From: the human T2T-CHM13v2.0 reference genome, Homo sapiens
Strand: one strand, 5' to 3'
Length of the DNA: 64,000 nucleotides
Assembly: GCF_009914755.1 (NCBI RefSeq)
Contig: NC_060929.1
The position numbers and the translations under genes were made by a program. Under the pieces are notes generated by a model. That model did no database searches and had not been told where the DNA came from. It worked only from the letters and a program-made list of their open reading frames with translations. This document shows, piece after piece, positions 47,148-64,000 of this stretch (positions are counted from its first letter, which is position 1; each line of letters opens with the position of its first letter).

Positions 47148-47715
47148 TTATTCAGGCTAAAACACGTGGGAATCATCTTTGGCTTTCTTCTTTCCCCCCA
47201 TCTAATCCATTAGCAAATTATGTGTTCTACCTTCAAAATCTCCTAAATGTATTCATTAATATCCCACTGCTACTAGACTTGTACAAGCCTCTTTCTGTCT
47301 GTCTGTCTGTCTGTCTTTCTTTGCGACGAAGTTTCACTCTTGTTGCCTAGGCTGGAGTATAGTGGTGTGATCTTGGCTCACTGCAACCTCTGCCTCCCAA
47401 GTAGCTGGGATTACAGGCATGCACCACCATACCCGGCTAATTTTTTTTTTGGAAGACAGTCTCGCTCTGTCCCCCAGGCTGGAATGTATTGCCACTATCT
47501 CAGTTCACTGCAACTTCCACTTTCCAGTTCAGGTCATTCTCATGCCTCAGTCTACTGAGTAGCTGGGATTACAGGTGCCTGCCACCGTGCCCAGCTAATT
47601 TTTGTATTTTTAGTAGAGACGGGGCTTTGTCATGTTGGCCAGGCTGGTCTTGACCTCCTGACTTCAGGTGATCTGCCCACCTAGGCCTCCCAAAGTGTTG
47701 GGATTATAGGCGTGA

Positions 47716-47964
<249 letters not shown>

Positions 47965-48787
47965 TAAAAATGATATTCGATTGTGTCATTATTGTGCTTA
48001 AAACCCTTTAATGTCTTTCCATTGGATCTAAAAATAGCATGCATACTCTATAGCCTGCAAGGATCTGCATTGTTTATTTGTTCCCTCTCCTTGTCTGGAA
48101 CCTTGCTTACTGTCTTACTGGCCCATTGGCCTTCTTTCTCTTACCTGAACACGAGACATTTTTCTTTATATTTGTTCCCTCTTCTCTGTTCTTCCCTTGT
48201 CAGCTCAATTTTAGCTCAAACCTAACTTTCTCTGAGATTCTCTAACCATTTTGTGTAAAGTGGGCCACTCTATTCAATACTTTGATTTCTCTTATTATTC
48301 TATATTATTTCACTTAAAGCACAGCTTATAATTATCTTGTTTACCCTGTGCCCGTCTTTATCACATAAGCTCTTTGAGAGCAGGGACCTTGTCTCATTTG
48401 TTTACTGTTGTAGTCTCAGTGCACTTATTTGCACAGTAAAAGAACTATTAACATCTATAAATAATTTAGCCTTACTTTTTTTTAGGGGGGGGATTGGGTG
48501 TATATGGTTGTTTTTATTATAGAGCTATTTTTAACTGCTTGGGGACTAGGTGGAATTTGTTATTGGATTATAGGAGGGTTGATTTGTTGTCATGTCATTT
48601 AGAAGCTGTTTTATCAGCTGGGCGTGGTGGCTCATACCTGTAATCCCAGCACTTTGGGAGGCCGAGGCAGGTGGATCACCTGAGGTCAGGAGTTCAAGAC
48701 CAGCCTGGCCAACACGGTGAAACCCCATCTCTACTAAAAGTATAAAAATTAGCCGAGCGTGTTGGCACGCACCTGTAATCTCAATTA

Positions 48788-48898
<111 letters not shown>

Positions 48899-49003
48899 TT
48901 AAAAAAAAAAAAAGAAAAAAGCTATTTTATGTGTCTAGAATTAAATAAATTGTTATATGAGCTTTTTGTCTGCTAGATTCAAGACTGGCTTTGGATTTGC
49001 TGT

Positions 49004-49035
<32 letters not shown>

Positions 49036-49219
49036 CCTGAGACAAGGTCTTGCTCTGTCACCCAGGCTAGAGTGTGCTCCATTATCACAGCTCACTGCAG
49101 CCTTGACCTCCTGGGCTCAAGCAATCTTCCGGCCTCAGCCTTCTGAGTAGCTGGGACTACAGGTACATACCACCATGTCTGGCTAATTTTTGTATTTTTT
49201 GGTAGAGACGGGGTTTTGC

Positions 49220-49315
49220 CATGTTGCCTAGAACTCTAGGCAAAACATGTTGCCTTGAACTCTAGGTAAAACATGTTGTCTTGAACTCTAGGCAAAACAT
49301 ATTGTCTTGAACTCT
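49220..49315. repeat. 26-bp minisatellite (~3.7 copies) inside an antisense Alu
   Basis: CATGTTG(C/T)CTTGAACTCTAGG(C/T)AAAA-type units at 49220, 49246, 49272, 49298. Confidence 0.9.
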
Positions 49316-49815
49316 GGGGTTCAAGTGATCTGCCCGCCTTGGCCTCCCCAAGTGCTGGGGTTACAGGTGTGAGCCATTGTGCCTGGCTCCTCTTAGCTGT
49401 TTTTTTCTTTTCTTTTTTTTTTAAGGCATTCTCCGTCACCCAGGCTGGAGTGCAGTGGCACAACCTTGGCTTACTGCAACCTCTGCCTCCTTGGTTCAAG
49501 TGATTCTTGTGCCTCAGCTCCCAAGTAGCTGGAATTAACAGGCGCTTGCCATCATGACCAGCTAATTCAGCTAATTTTTGTATTTTTAGTAGAGGCAGGT
49601 TTCGCCATGTTGGCCAGGCTGGTCTTGAACTCCGGACCTTAAGTGATCCATCTGCTTCTGCTGTCCAAAGTGCTTGAATTACAGGTGTGAGCCGCCGTGC
49701 CTGGCCTTGCTCTTAGCTTTTTGAAGGGACTGCCTCATCTCATAAAGATTTGTTTACTGTGACCCTTGCCTTTAAAAATTTCCCCAATTTTGAACTGTTG
49801 AGTCAGAAGCCTTGA

Positions 49816-50109
<294 letters not shown>

Positions 50110-50771
50110 TGATCCGCCCACCTCTGCCTCCCAAAGTGCTGGGATTACAGGCGTGAGCCACCACGCCGGCCTGTCTAGGTTTTAAGGAGTGGCTTTGAAA
50201 TATATGAGCAGAATTTAAGACTTATCATTTTTCAGAGATGAGACCATGATAGTTCATTTGTAGTGTGTCTTTGAGGAGGATACTAATGCAGATAAATATC
50301 CACAGAGCTTTAATTATTTTTGGTGTTACAAAGTTTATCTGTGTGATCTTGTTTTCCTTCTATGTAAGAAAAACATGTTATATAGATCCCTTGCAAGGAC
50401 GTTATTTACTGAAGCTCTTAGAAGGATGCTAAACTTGAGGCTGTTTCAGGTGAGTATCCTCAGGAGAGTGTTGAAATTGTTTCTGGAACACTGGCTAGGT
50501 TGAAAACTACTTGAAAAATGCACTTACCTGAGCTGGGTGCCTTAATTTTTTTCTTTTAACTTGACTGGTAGTTTCACATTTCTATTAAGTACTTCCTGTT
50601 AAGTACTTCTGAGTACTTAATTTGCTGAGAGGACAGTAGTCTGTTTGGGGATAGCGCTAGATTGCAGTGGTAGCTCAAATTGCTCATCTTTTACCTGTCT
50701 AGGTGATTGAGACCTGTATTTTGTACTTTTTGACACAGCAGTAGTGTAAGACAGTGCCTGAGTAAAACTTA

Positions 50772-51098
<327 letters not shown>

Positions 51099-51706
51099 TT
51101 ACATGTCTATTACGAAGGCTAATGTTTTGTGTTAGATAAGATCTCTGTCTGATGTATCCTATGTTACTTACAGTATGTATATGTATCCAGAGCAGTTAAG
51201 AGTTTCAGCTACTATTTGACCTTGGGAACTTTAAAATGGACTTCACGTTTATATAAACACTTATTTTTCTTGTTTTGAAAAGAAGGTAACATCAACCTCC
51301 TGGAGATGGGATGAGGACTAAATGAGATGAATGTTAAAGAAACTGTTGGCCGGGCACGGTGACTCATGTCTGTAATCCCAGCACTTTGGGACGCCAAGGC
51401 GAGTGGATCACCTAAGGTCAGGAGTTGAAGACCAGCCTGGCCAACATGGTGAAACCCTGTCTCGACTAAAAATACAAAAATTAGCTGGGCATGGTGGTGG
51501 GTGCCTGTAATCCCAGATACTCAGGAGGCTGAGGCAGGAGAATTGCTTGAACTGGGAGGCCGAGGTTGCAGTGAGCCGAGATCGAGCCCTTGTGCTCTCG
51601 CCTGGGTGACAAGAGTGAAACTCCATCTCAAAAAGAAACTGCCTAGGCCGAGTGCCGTGGCTTACTCCTGTAATCCAGCACTTTGGGAAGTCGAGGTAGG
51701 AGATCA

Positions 51707-51949
<243 letters not shown>

Positions 51950-52689
51950 CTATGAAAAGTATTCTGTCTTTGTTAGTGCTATCTGGTTCGTAGGATTAGG
52001 CGTGTTTAAAAAATTAAATTGTTGGAACTTGTTTCCTGTGCTTGGGATGATTGGTCTTTAGCCTAACTCAGTTTCAGAAAAAAAATGGATTAAGAGTTTA
52101 AGGATTTGAAAAAAACAAAACAGTTTATTCAGGAAACAGTAAAATTGAGTCAGACTAAAAAAGATTTAAAATTGTTTTGAATTTATGCACACAAATTACA
52201 AAAGGTGTACCACAAGAGGTTTAGAGGAAAGTCACCCCTTTAATCCTGTTTCTTAGCAGTTCCCCTCTGCGGAAACCACTGTTAGTTTCTTATGTATTTT
52301 AGAGATGTATATAAAACCACATTCTTTTGCTTTCTAATACAAGTAGTAGCATCATGTCTACCCTGCTCTACAGTCTTTTTTTACTTAATGAACTTAGAAC
52401 ATTATTCCATATTAGTATGTGTAAAGTTACCTCATTCTTTTTATTGGCTGCATGCTAGTATAACTAGACCTCTATTGATGTATATTAGCCTGTTTCTTGT
52501 TTTTGTTTCTTTTTTGCTATTATGAGTAGCGCTAGTGAATAGTTCTTGTAAATATAAGGCAAATTCCTGTAAGTGAATTTCTGAGTGTAATTTGAGATAA
52601 TGCCCAGTTGTTCTCCATAGAGGTGTACCAATGTATATTTCTAGTGCTAATGAGGTGTATCAGACCTTTTTGTTTGGCATTTTTGCCTT

Positions 52690-53385
52690 GTGTAAAAAAT
52701 ATATATATATTTCTACTTATGGATGAATAATAGTTACACATATTTAAGGAGCACATATTTTGATAAAAGCATACAGTGTGTAATGATCAAATCAGGGTAG
52801 TGGGAATATCACTTCAAGCATTCATAATTTTCTATATTAGGAACATTCCAACTCCATTTTAGTTATCTTGAAATATATAATTATTGTTAACTGTAGTTGC
52901 CCTGTTGTGCTACCAAATACTAGATCTTATTCCTTCTATTTTTGTACCAACTAACCTCCCGCTCTTTATCTCCCCAACCTTCCCACTCCCCAGCCTCTAG
53001 TAACCATTATTCTCCTCTACCTGTGAGTTGATTTTGACCTCCCACATAAGAGAATGTGGCAGTATTTGTTTTTCTGTGCCTGGGTTATTTCATTTAACAT
53101 ACTGTCCTCTGGTTCCATCCTTGTTGTTGCAAACGACAGGATTTTGTTCTTTTTTATGACTGAATAATATTCCATAGCCATATACATACCATGTTTTCTG
53201 TATCCATTCATTCGTTGATTGGCAGTAAGGTTGATTCCATATCTTGGCTGTTGTGAATATTACTGCAGTAAACATAGGAATACAGATATCTTTTCCATAT
53301 ACTGATTTCCTTTGTTTTGGATATATACCCAGCAGTGGGCTTGCTGGATCATATGGCAGCTCTGATTTTAGGTTTTTAAGGATGG
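52690..53385 (-). mobile_element. L1MA-type 3' region
   Basis: - strand translations MEYYSVIKKNKILSFATT..EITQAQKNKY and [16 protein letters not shown] resemble the ORF2 C-terminus. Confidence 0.8.
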
Positions 53386-53409
53386 GTTTTTTTTTTGCAA
53401 TGAGAATAA

Positions 53410-53616
<207 letters not shown>

Positions 53617-54959
53617 TGACATCATGCCTGGCTAATTTCTTGTATATTTTGTGGAGATGGAGTCTTCCTATTTTGCCCAGGCTGGTCTCCAGGTCCTGGG
53701 CATAAATGGTCTTTCTGCCTTGACTTCCCAAAGTGTACCACGTCTGGCCTAGAAATTTTATTCTTAACATTTTGTTTAATTAATTACTTTCTAATTCTAG
53801 GAAGTTGATTAGCCTGGGACATGCAAATTATAAAGCCTATTTTGTTGTAGTTAGCGAAGTTGTAGTTTTAAAACTGAATTCTGTACCATAATGTAGATGA
53901 AAAAAGACTGGAGTAAGATGTATTTGCTTGTATTTGAAGCCATTAGGAGCTAGCTGTGATGACTTAGGCACAACCTCTTTAAGCCCGAAGGTTTTTTATT
54001 TGCGAAATGAATATTAAAATACGTTTTTCGGCTGGGCGCAGTGGCTCGTGAGCGCCTGTAATCCCAACACTTTGGGAGGCTGAGGCAGGCGGATCACCTG
54101 AGGTCAGGAGTTCATGACCCTCCTGGCCAATGTGATGAAACCCCGTCTCTACTAAAAATACAAAAATTACCTGGGCGTGGTGGCATGCGCCTGTAGTCCC
54201 AGCTACTCTGGAGGCTGAGGCAGAAGAATCACCTGAACTAGAGAGGCGGAGATTGTAGTGAGCTGAGATCGTGACAGAGTGAAACTCCATCTCAAAAAAA
54301 AAAAAAAAAAAAAAAAAATTTTTTTTTTTTGTTTGCAAGGGTTGAGATATGTAAAAGTCAATATGATATCTGCACATAGGCTCTCAGTATTTCCTTTTCC
54401 ATATGATGGTTACTTCTTGTCAGTGTTTTCTATCTCTGCCTACCTACTTTCAGTTTTTAAAGTCGAGATTTATTGTTTTATTTTCTTAATATTTTGTAGA
54501 GCCAAGGACTCTCTTTTTGGCCAGGCTGGTCTCGAAGTCCTGGCCTCAAGTGATCCTCCTGTCTTAACTTCCCCAGAAGTGCTGAGATTACAGGTATAAG
54601 CCACCATGCCTGGCCTCAGAGTCAAGACTTCTTTCGACTGTTCTTTACTGATGTGGAGTTTCAACACCAAGTAACCAGTTATGGAATTAATTTGTTATCA
54701 AATTGATAGTAGAGAAATTTAATCTGGTGGATTTCACATTTGGTAATTTCAGGATAAGCATTACCTTAGTGCACCTTTGTTTTCCACCTGTTTTGTGTTG
54801 TGTAGCATCAGATGCTATAAATGGCAAATAACCACTGAACAAATTTGCTTTCATGGTGCTAAAAGGACCAGGATTTAAATAAAATTGTCATCATCTATTT
54901 ATTTATTTATTTATTTTTGGAGACAAGGTCTCGCTCTGTCTTCCAGGCTGGAGTGATAA

Positions 54960-55367
<408 letters not shown>

Positions 55368-57841
55368 TAGGCGTGAGCCACCACGCCCGACCTGTTTTGA
55401 ATTTTAGTAGAGACAGCGTTTCACTATGTTGCCCAGGCTGATCTTAAATTCCTGACCTCAAGTGATCCTCCTGCCTGGCCATCACATCTAGCCCATTTTT
55501 TTTTAAAAAAGTAATTTATATAGTAGTTTACAGTTACAAGGCTTTCCTACACATTGTCCTCCTCCATTTGAGGAGAAGAATCATTATAGAATCTTTATTT
55601 CCATGCTCAGAGCAGGAACTCTCCTCAAGCAGTCCCTAGGCTTCCCAAAATTGTAAAAGAATATCATTTTGCTTTTTTTTTTTTTTTTTGGACAGTCTCG
55701 CTCCGTCGCTCATGCTGGAGTGTGCATTGGTGCGATCTTAGCTCACTGCAACCTCCGCCTCCTGGTTCAAGCAGTTCTCCTGCCTCAGCCTCCCAAGTAG
55801 CTGGGATTACAGGTGCCTGCCACCATGCCCAGCTAAGTTTTTGTATTTTTAGTAGAGATGGGGTTTTGCCATGTTGGCCAGGCTGGTCTAGAACTCCTGA
55901 CCTCAGGTGATCCACCCACGTCAGCCTCTCAAAGTGCTGGGATTACAGGCGGGAGCCATTGCGCCTGGCCTGCTTCAATTTTTTTTGCTTGATGTCATGT
56001 TTTTCTTCATTTGCAGGCAGGTGTTGTTTTCTTTCTAGAAGTTGTTCTTTGTCCTTGGTTCTGAAAAATTCATTTATCTTGCTAGTTATTTCTTAAATTC
56101 TTTGTTTCCTTTTTATTCATAGTTTTTTTTTAATGATCTCTTTCATTTGCTACTTTGCTTAAAATGTTTGATGATTATTAGTTCATATTTAAGAATGAGG
56201 CAATAAAAAGTTGTTTGAGAGTTAGGTGTATGTGAGCAGTGCTTATTGAACGGCTGTCAATGTTCTAGGACCCTGAAAAGCCAAATATCTTTTGGTGCCA
56301 GAACCCATATTAGCTCCTTATTTGTGTTTGAGAGAATCTACCTTTCCTTTTTGTTTCGGTGTCGTTGTTATGTTTATGTGTTTGCTTATATTCATGTAGA
56401 CAACTGTGCATTCAAATTTTTCAGTTACTTCTTTTCAATCTCATTTCCCACTCTGCCCTCCTTTGTATCTGCAGTTTTGCAGTCCTAAATCATTTCAGCA
56501 TTCTAGGGAGCAGATCAGCTTCCCACTGTATTCTACCTTCCACATGTATTCTAGGCCTTGGCTTTCGTTGTCTAGTTTCATCAGTTATTATGCTTTCATT
56601 TATGTCATTCCAAAAATTTCATGAAGTGGCTCATGGCCTTTTCATTATCACAGTTTTATTCCTTTATTATTCTTTAACTCCTTTGTTTTGCTTTTTTAAT
56701 AGGATCTTTGAAGTCAGGATGCCATCATGAACTTGAAATCCTGTTGTATTTGTAATGGGTACTAATGAACCGAATAAACAAGTTCAGTATCTTGTGTAAA
56801 TCGAGTATTTTTATATTTCTATTATGGTAGTGGTTATCATAGTTTTCTTAGTTTTCTATAGTTCTTTATAAATATTTATTAGGCCGGGCGCAGTCACACC
56901 TGTAATCTCAGCATTTTGGGAGGCTGAGACTGGCGGATTGCTTGAGGTCAAGAGTTCGAGACGAGCCTGGCCAACATGGTACAACCTTGTCTCTATTAAA
57001 AATACAAACATTAGCCGAGCATGGTGGCGCGTGCCTGTAATCCAGCTACTCGGGAGGCTGAGGTGGGAGAATTGCTTGAACCTCGGTGGCAGAGGTTGTA
57101 GCCTGGGTGACAGTGAGACTGTCTCAAATATTTATTAGTAATTATTTAACTCTTTTTGGTACTTCAGTGTCATTTGCTTCACATTTTGTTTTTTTCCAGT
57201 TATGAATATATTGTTTGCCTTTGCAGTTGCAATAATTTTATGCTTAAAAGTATTTTGTTTCTTTAGGTAATAGGCATCTGTTAAACAGGAAAAATCTTAC
57301 TATATCTCATGATGATAAAGTAGGATTTAATATGAATTAATCATGATTTGGACTCCAATAAATATTTCTCAAACAAAATCGAAGTACATTTACAATGGCG
57401 GGGTACACTTAGTACAGTTCTTTTCTGTGTTCTTTCAGAATACTACTATATCAATTCCACAATATTTATGTTCTTTTAACATACAAAATAGTTGTACGTA
57501 ATCATACTCCTGTGAAGTAAAACTAGCGATATTCTTGTTTTGTAGATATAACAAAAGTTAGCTGTGTCATAGTGGTTATTTAGTTTCTGACTATTTTTTA
57601 TAGTTTTTGACTCACAGTTTTATATTATTAGTGTTAGAACTGGGACTAGACATTGGGATATATGAACATTAGGGATGGGCGGAACCTGATGAGACTGAGG
57701 AGGAGCAGCCATAGGGATACAGGGGAAACCAGTAATGTGGTGTATTGGGTTAGCCCTGGAAAGGAAATTGGATGAAGGAGATAAGAATTGAAAGGTGACA
57801 CTTCTCCTTCCTTTAACACATTGCTACCAGATTTCTTTTCT

Positions 57842-58005
57842 TTTCTTTTTATATATATATATATCTTTATTATACTTTAAGTTCTAGGGTACATGTGCAC
57901 AACGTGCAGGTTTGTTACATATGTATACATGTGCCACGTTGGTGTGCTGCACCCATTAACTCGTCATTTACATTAGGTATATCTCCTAATGCTGTCCCTC
58001 CCCCT
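57842..58005 (-). mobile_element. Short 5'-truncated L1PA 3' end
   Basis: TTATTATACTTTAAGTTCTAGGGTACATGTGCACAACGTGCAGG...; TSD AGATTT(C/A)TTTTCT. Confidence 0.9.
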
Positions 58006-58330
58006 GAGATTTATTTTCTGAAAGCATACTTCCAGATATGTAATCGTCACTTTAAAACTTCTAAATACTTCCCTTGCCTGCTGGATTAACTTCTGATTTC
58101 TCATACTGCTGTGTGCTGTTCAAGAACCCCTACTGTCCCCATACTACTAGAATTTAGGTATACCTGGAATATATTAAGTGGTGTTTGGTTGACTAGACCT
58201 AGTGGTTTCAGATGTATTTTTAACAGTGGTTTTTTTTTTTCTTTTGGAACTCTTGACTTCAAGTGATCTACCTGCCGCAAAGTGCTGGGATTACAGGCGT
58301 GAGCCACTGCGCCTGGCCCTTACTTGAAAA

Positions 58331-58361
<31 letters not shown>

Positions 58362-58671
58362 CTGAAACAAGTCTTGCTCTGTCTGTGGCCCATTCTTAAA
58401 GTGACTTTGTTGCCTCACCTCACCTTGCCTCACCCGTCCCCGCCCCGCCCCTCCCCTCCCCTGCTTCCTTCCCTTTCCTTCCTCTCTTTCCTTTTCTTTC
58501 TTTCGTTTTAGAATTATGCTGCTGGCCAAGGCATGGATGCAGGCAGGGAGAAACGGTGATAAATTCCATGTTCTTTCTATGTTAGTGCTTGAGAAGGTAA
58601 TTTCATTTTCTGTTTAATTAAAACAAAACATAAAGCATTGTAGTTTTTGTGTCTTGAGTAAATAAGTTTGA

Positions 58672-59140
<469 letters not shown>

Positions 59141-60297
59141 TAGCCACCACGCGCGGCTAGTTTATATTTTTAGTAGAGATGGGGTATCACCGTGTTAGCC
59201 AGGATGGTCTTGATTTGCTGACCTCGTGATTCGCCCACCTCGGCCTCCCAGAGTGCTGGGATTACAGGTGCAAGCCACCATGCCTGGCCCATGCCTGGCT
59301 AATTTTTGTATTTTTAGTAGAGAGAGGGTTTCACCATCTTGGCCAGGCTGGTCTTGAACTCCTGATCTCGGGTAATCTGCCCTCCTCGGCCTCCCAGAAT
59401 GCTGGGATTACAGGCATGAGCCACTGCGCTCGGCCATGAGCCTTGTTTTTTAAAAAGTTAAATTCTGTATCGTATGAGGTAATTGTTAGGTATTTCTCTC
59501 TTTTTTTGAGTCAGGGCCTTGCTCTGTTGCCCAGGCTCGTGATCCTTCTGCCTCAGCCTCTTGAGAAACTGGGACTTACAAGTGTGTGCTACCATGTGCA
59601 GCTAATTTTTTTTTCCCAGTACAGAAAGACTTTAATTGATGCATTGCTGCCCATGCCACACAGGAGATGGAGTTATTACTCAAATTGGTCTCCTAATTTT
59701 TAAAAATTTTTAGTAGGGATGATGTTTCACTGTGTCACCCAGGCTGGTCTCGAACTCCTAAGTGCTGGAATTATAGGCGTGAGCCACTGCATCTGGCCAG
59801 ATAGTTCTTTTTGATAATATAATAGTCATGTAGCCTTATTTTTGTCCATGTTGAACTAAGCCATCTCTAGGATTTTACATAGTTCAGCAGTGTTTTTTTA
59901 TACAAATTGCTTAAGAAACACCTAGGGTAGCCGACACCTAAGGTGGCCTCTTGCTGTAAGGTTATTTTACTTGATAGTAAGTAAACATTCTTTTTTATAT
60001 TAAAACACATGGATATTGTAGTGCAATGCAGAAATTTCATTAACTTGTTAAACAGGTCTTGAAGACGGGTTATTTGGTTACTTTCTGAAAAATGTCTTTG
60101 GAGGGGTCAGGAGAATGGGTTTGTTAACATTCAGTAATTGCTGTGGGAAAGTTTGAGAGAGATACTGTAGTGAAAAAGTGGGCTTTTGAGGTGGGGGTAC
60201 CTGGGTTCACATTACCTAGTTTCTGTCATTTATTGGCTCTTGTAGCTTAGGGGCAAATTACTTTAATCTTTCATAATTCTGCGTTTTTTAAATTTAA

Positions 60298-60702
<405 letters not shown>

Positions 60703-62879
60703 TGATTCACCTGCCTCAGCGTCCTGAGTAGCTGGAATTATAGGCGCATGCCACCACGCTTGGCTAATTTTTGTATTTTTAGTAGACTCAGGGTTTCACC
60801 ATGTTGGCCAGGCTGGTCTCGAACTCCTGACCTGCAGTGATCAGCCTGTTTCAGCCTCCAAAAGTGCTAGGATTGCAGGCATGAGCCACCGTGCCCAGCA
60901 GCATTTTTTTTTTAAAAAGCTTATCTATCATTTGAACCCTCGAAGTGATGACATTTTTTGGTAAGTATTTCAGAGAAAAAATTGCTTGTCTACACTTCTA
61001 AGAGGATTTGAGGCAGCAACATTGCATTACAGTTATTTGTTAATGCTATTAGATTGTAAGCTGTTAGAGGCAGGAATGCCCTCTCTTATGCCTTGTATCT
61101 TCCGTTGCTTAGGCCATATTGCTCATATTATTAATAGCTGTTCAATAAATGAGTTGATTTAAATTAAATTTTATCCCAATGAGTTCATACTGTTTGCAAT
61201 ATATTTCTAAATTAAAACTTGCCAATCTTTAAAACAAAAAAGGATTCCATAGGCTGTTAGAATAAATTTCAGGGATGACTCAGTCAGATTCAGTTTGTGA
61301 GGAAAGAGAAGCTCAATAAGTAGAAATTTGTTTACCTTATGGAGAGTAAAGCTTATTTTCTTGTAGTGAAGTTTATATGAAAGTTAAGTAAGTTCGTTGT
61401 AAGTTTTGAAGTTCAATTATATTTTGTGTGTTGTATCTTTAATATGTCTCAAAAATTGAGAATTAAAAACATTTGTTTTCAGAATATAATGCTTTTTTAA
61501 CCTTATTTTTCTTAGGAGGCTGAATGTACCATATTTATGTATATGTATGTATGTACTTACATACATTTATAGCAGTTTTCATATGGAATAATTTAACAAA
61601 TAGAGTAATTTTTGTAACTTCCTGTTTTGATTTTTATGATAAAAATGTAAGTAAAGCATAGAAAGGGTATGGCGCTGTGGCTCACACCTATACTCCTCAT
61701 ACTTTGGGAGGCCGAGGCGGGCAGATCACTTGAGGGCAGGAGTTTGAGACCAGCCTGGGCAACATGGCAAAACCCTGTCTCTACTAAAAATACAAAAAAA
61801 TTTAGCCAGGCCCATGTGGTGCTACACACCTGTGTAATCCCAGCTACTTGGGAGGCTGAGACAGGAGAACTGCTTGAACCCAGGAGTGGGATGTTCCAGT
61901 GACCCAAGATTGTACCACTGTACTTCCAGCCTGGTGACAGAGCAAGATTCTGTCTCAAAGAAAAAAGAAAAAGAGCATAGAAAGGTGCTGACAGCTTAAG
62001 AGGTAAACTGAAGAGGATGGAGTCTAACAAATTTCAGATAAGAGGAACATTAAAATGGAAGTTTTCAAATGTTGGGACTTTCTAATAACCTAGATTTCTT
62101 AAAAATTTATGAATGCAGTTTCATGTTTCAGATCATGTGATCTGTAAACAGATAGCTTGGTAACTAACAGATAAGACATTGGATACTTCTTTCTGGACCA
62201 AACATCTAAAAAATAGGGAAGCAATAGAATTTTTGCTACCTTTAGAGGCCATGTTCCTTAGACAGGTGTTTTCTTCTTTGAATAATAGGGCATTTACCAT
62301 CCTTATCTGATGACCCGTAACTCTTAGTATTTATTTAAAAACAGATTTCTATGCAATGCTTAAGTACCATTGAATCAGAATCAACAAGGGAAGTCTGTAG
62401 ATCACTTAGCATGCAGTAGATGTCTACTAAATATTAATAAAGTTTCGTTAATTATGTTAAAACTGAAGCAAACAATTCAGTGGAATAAAAATGTCATAGT
62501 TTTTAAAAGTTAAACACGTAACTCAAAAATAGAATAAACATGTTTTACAGCTTGTTTTTTTTGTTTTGTCTTGTTTTTTTTTGGTCAGTCTGGCTCTGTC
62601 GCCCAGGCTGGAGTACAGTGGCTCAATCTTGGCTTACTACAACCTCCACCTCCCAGGCCCAAACCATCCTCTTGCCCCAGCCTCCTGAGTAGCTGGGACA
62701 ACAGGCCTGCACCACCACACCTGGCTAATATTTGTATTTTTTTGATAGAGATCGGATTTTGCCACGTTGACCAGGCTGGTCTCAAACTCCTGGATTCGGG
62801 CGATACCCCGACCTGGGCCTCCCAAAGTGCTGGGATTATAGGCATGAGCCACTTTGCCTGGCTTGATTGATTTTTAAAA

Positions 62880-64000
62880 ATTACTTTCCTTGAATTTAAA
62901 CCTGACACTTCTGAAAATTTTGGGTCAGTTATGTTAGTGTCTCTCAGGTTTGGCTTTTCTCTTGTTTAGATTCAGGTTATTTACCTTTGGTCTAGAATAT
63001 TACAGAAGTGGTGCTTGTTTTGTTCAGGCACACAATATCAGTTTGACCTGTTACTGATGTTGTTCACTTTAATTTGTTGATTAAGGGTGCATTTGCCAGG
63101 CTATTTCACTGCAAAGCTGCAATTAATTTTTTGGGGGAATGAGGTACTTAGAAATTATAGAATAACCTGTTTCCTAAATTTACATACATTTATTTATATT
63201 TATCTGGATTTATGTTTTTTAATTTATTCAAGAGATTATAATATAGTACTCTACTTACTTTTATTAAAGTAAAAATAACATCACATAAAGTTAATCACTT
63301 AAAGCATACAATTCATTGGCATTTAGTACATTCATAGTGTTTTCAAGCCTCCACCTCTATCAAGTTCCAGAATGTTTTCATCACCCCAAAAGAAAACTGT
63401 CTCTAAGCAGTCACCCGCATTCCACCCTCCCAACAGTCTCTAGTAACACCAGTTTGCTTTTTTTCTCTATGAATTTACCTCTTATGAATACCTCTTATAA
63501 CTTGAGGCATACAACGTGATCTTTTGTGTCTGGCTTCTCTTTGTTTTTGACGTTTATACTCAGCATGTGTTAGTAATTCATTCCTTTTTATCGTTACGAT
63601 TTCATTGTGTATGCCACATTTTCTTTTGTCTATTGATGGACATTTGGGGTGTTTCTACCTTTTGGCTACTGTGAATAGTGCTGTTTTGAACACTGGTGTA
63701 CAACAATTTGAGCATCCTTTCTCAATTCTTCTGTGTATATACCTAGCAATGGTATTTCTGAGTCATGTGGTAATTGCGTGTTTGACTTTTTAAGGAATTG
63801 CCAAACTTCTACAGTTGTTGAACCCTTTTACCTTCACACCAGCAATATATAAGGGTTCTGGTTTTTCCACATCTTTGCTAACATTTATTTCCTCTTTTTT
63901 TTTTTTTTCATATTTTGATTATAGCCATTCTAGTGGGAGCGAAGTAGTATTTCATTGTGGTTTTGATTTGCATTTCCCTAATGATACTGAGTATATTTTA
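62880..64000 (-). mobile_element. Old L1M (L1MB/MC/ME-like) 3' fragments
   Basis: GATGGACATTTGGGGTGTTTCTACCTTTTGGCTACTGTGAATAGTGCTG..TTTTGATTTGCATTTCCCTAATG. Confidence 0.75.

Noticed and set aside
49220-49315. CRISPR-like array
   Set aside because: Contiguous tandem units with no unique spacers, in eukaryotic Alu context
57305-57400. ATGATGA box-C-like motif suggesting an intronic snoRNA
   Set aside because: No properly spaced CTGA box D or terminal stem

Overview
Primate (almost certainly human) genomic DNA, very Alu-dense, centred on a CpG-island promoter at ~31.5-33.0 kb. The + strand gene starting there has a short non-coding exon 1 (donor after 32516), a 1236-nt intron and a 953-nt non-coding exon 2 (33753-34705). 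Its next intron runs past the window end. From recall of the mRNA leader I identify it as GPBP1 (vasculin); no coding exon is in the window. Upstream lie a long antisense old L1M broken up by Alus and an MST LTR, a divergent 5'-only L1 fragment, several solo LTRs (one nested in an Alu), a FAM monomer, a young tail-less L1PA fragment and a Y3 RNA pseudogene. Nearly all listed ORFs are Alu/L1 or GC-rich shadows. Best leads: the exon-2 leader (17 uAUGs and three AATAAA hexamers), a BANP/YY1/kB/CRE promoter, a 462-bp Alu-Alu duplication with a chimeric Alu, and an L2+Alu block replacing part of a younger L1. Repeat names and boundaries were read by eye and are approximate.
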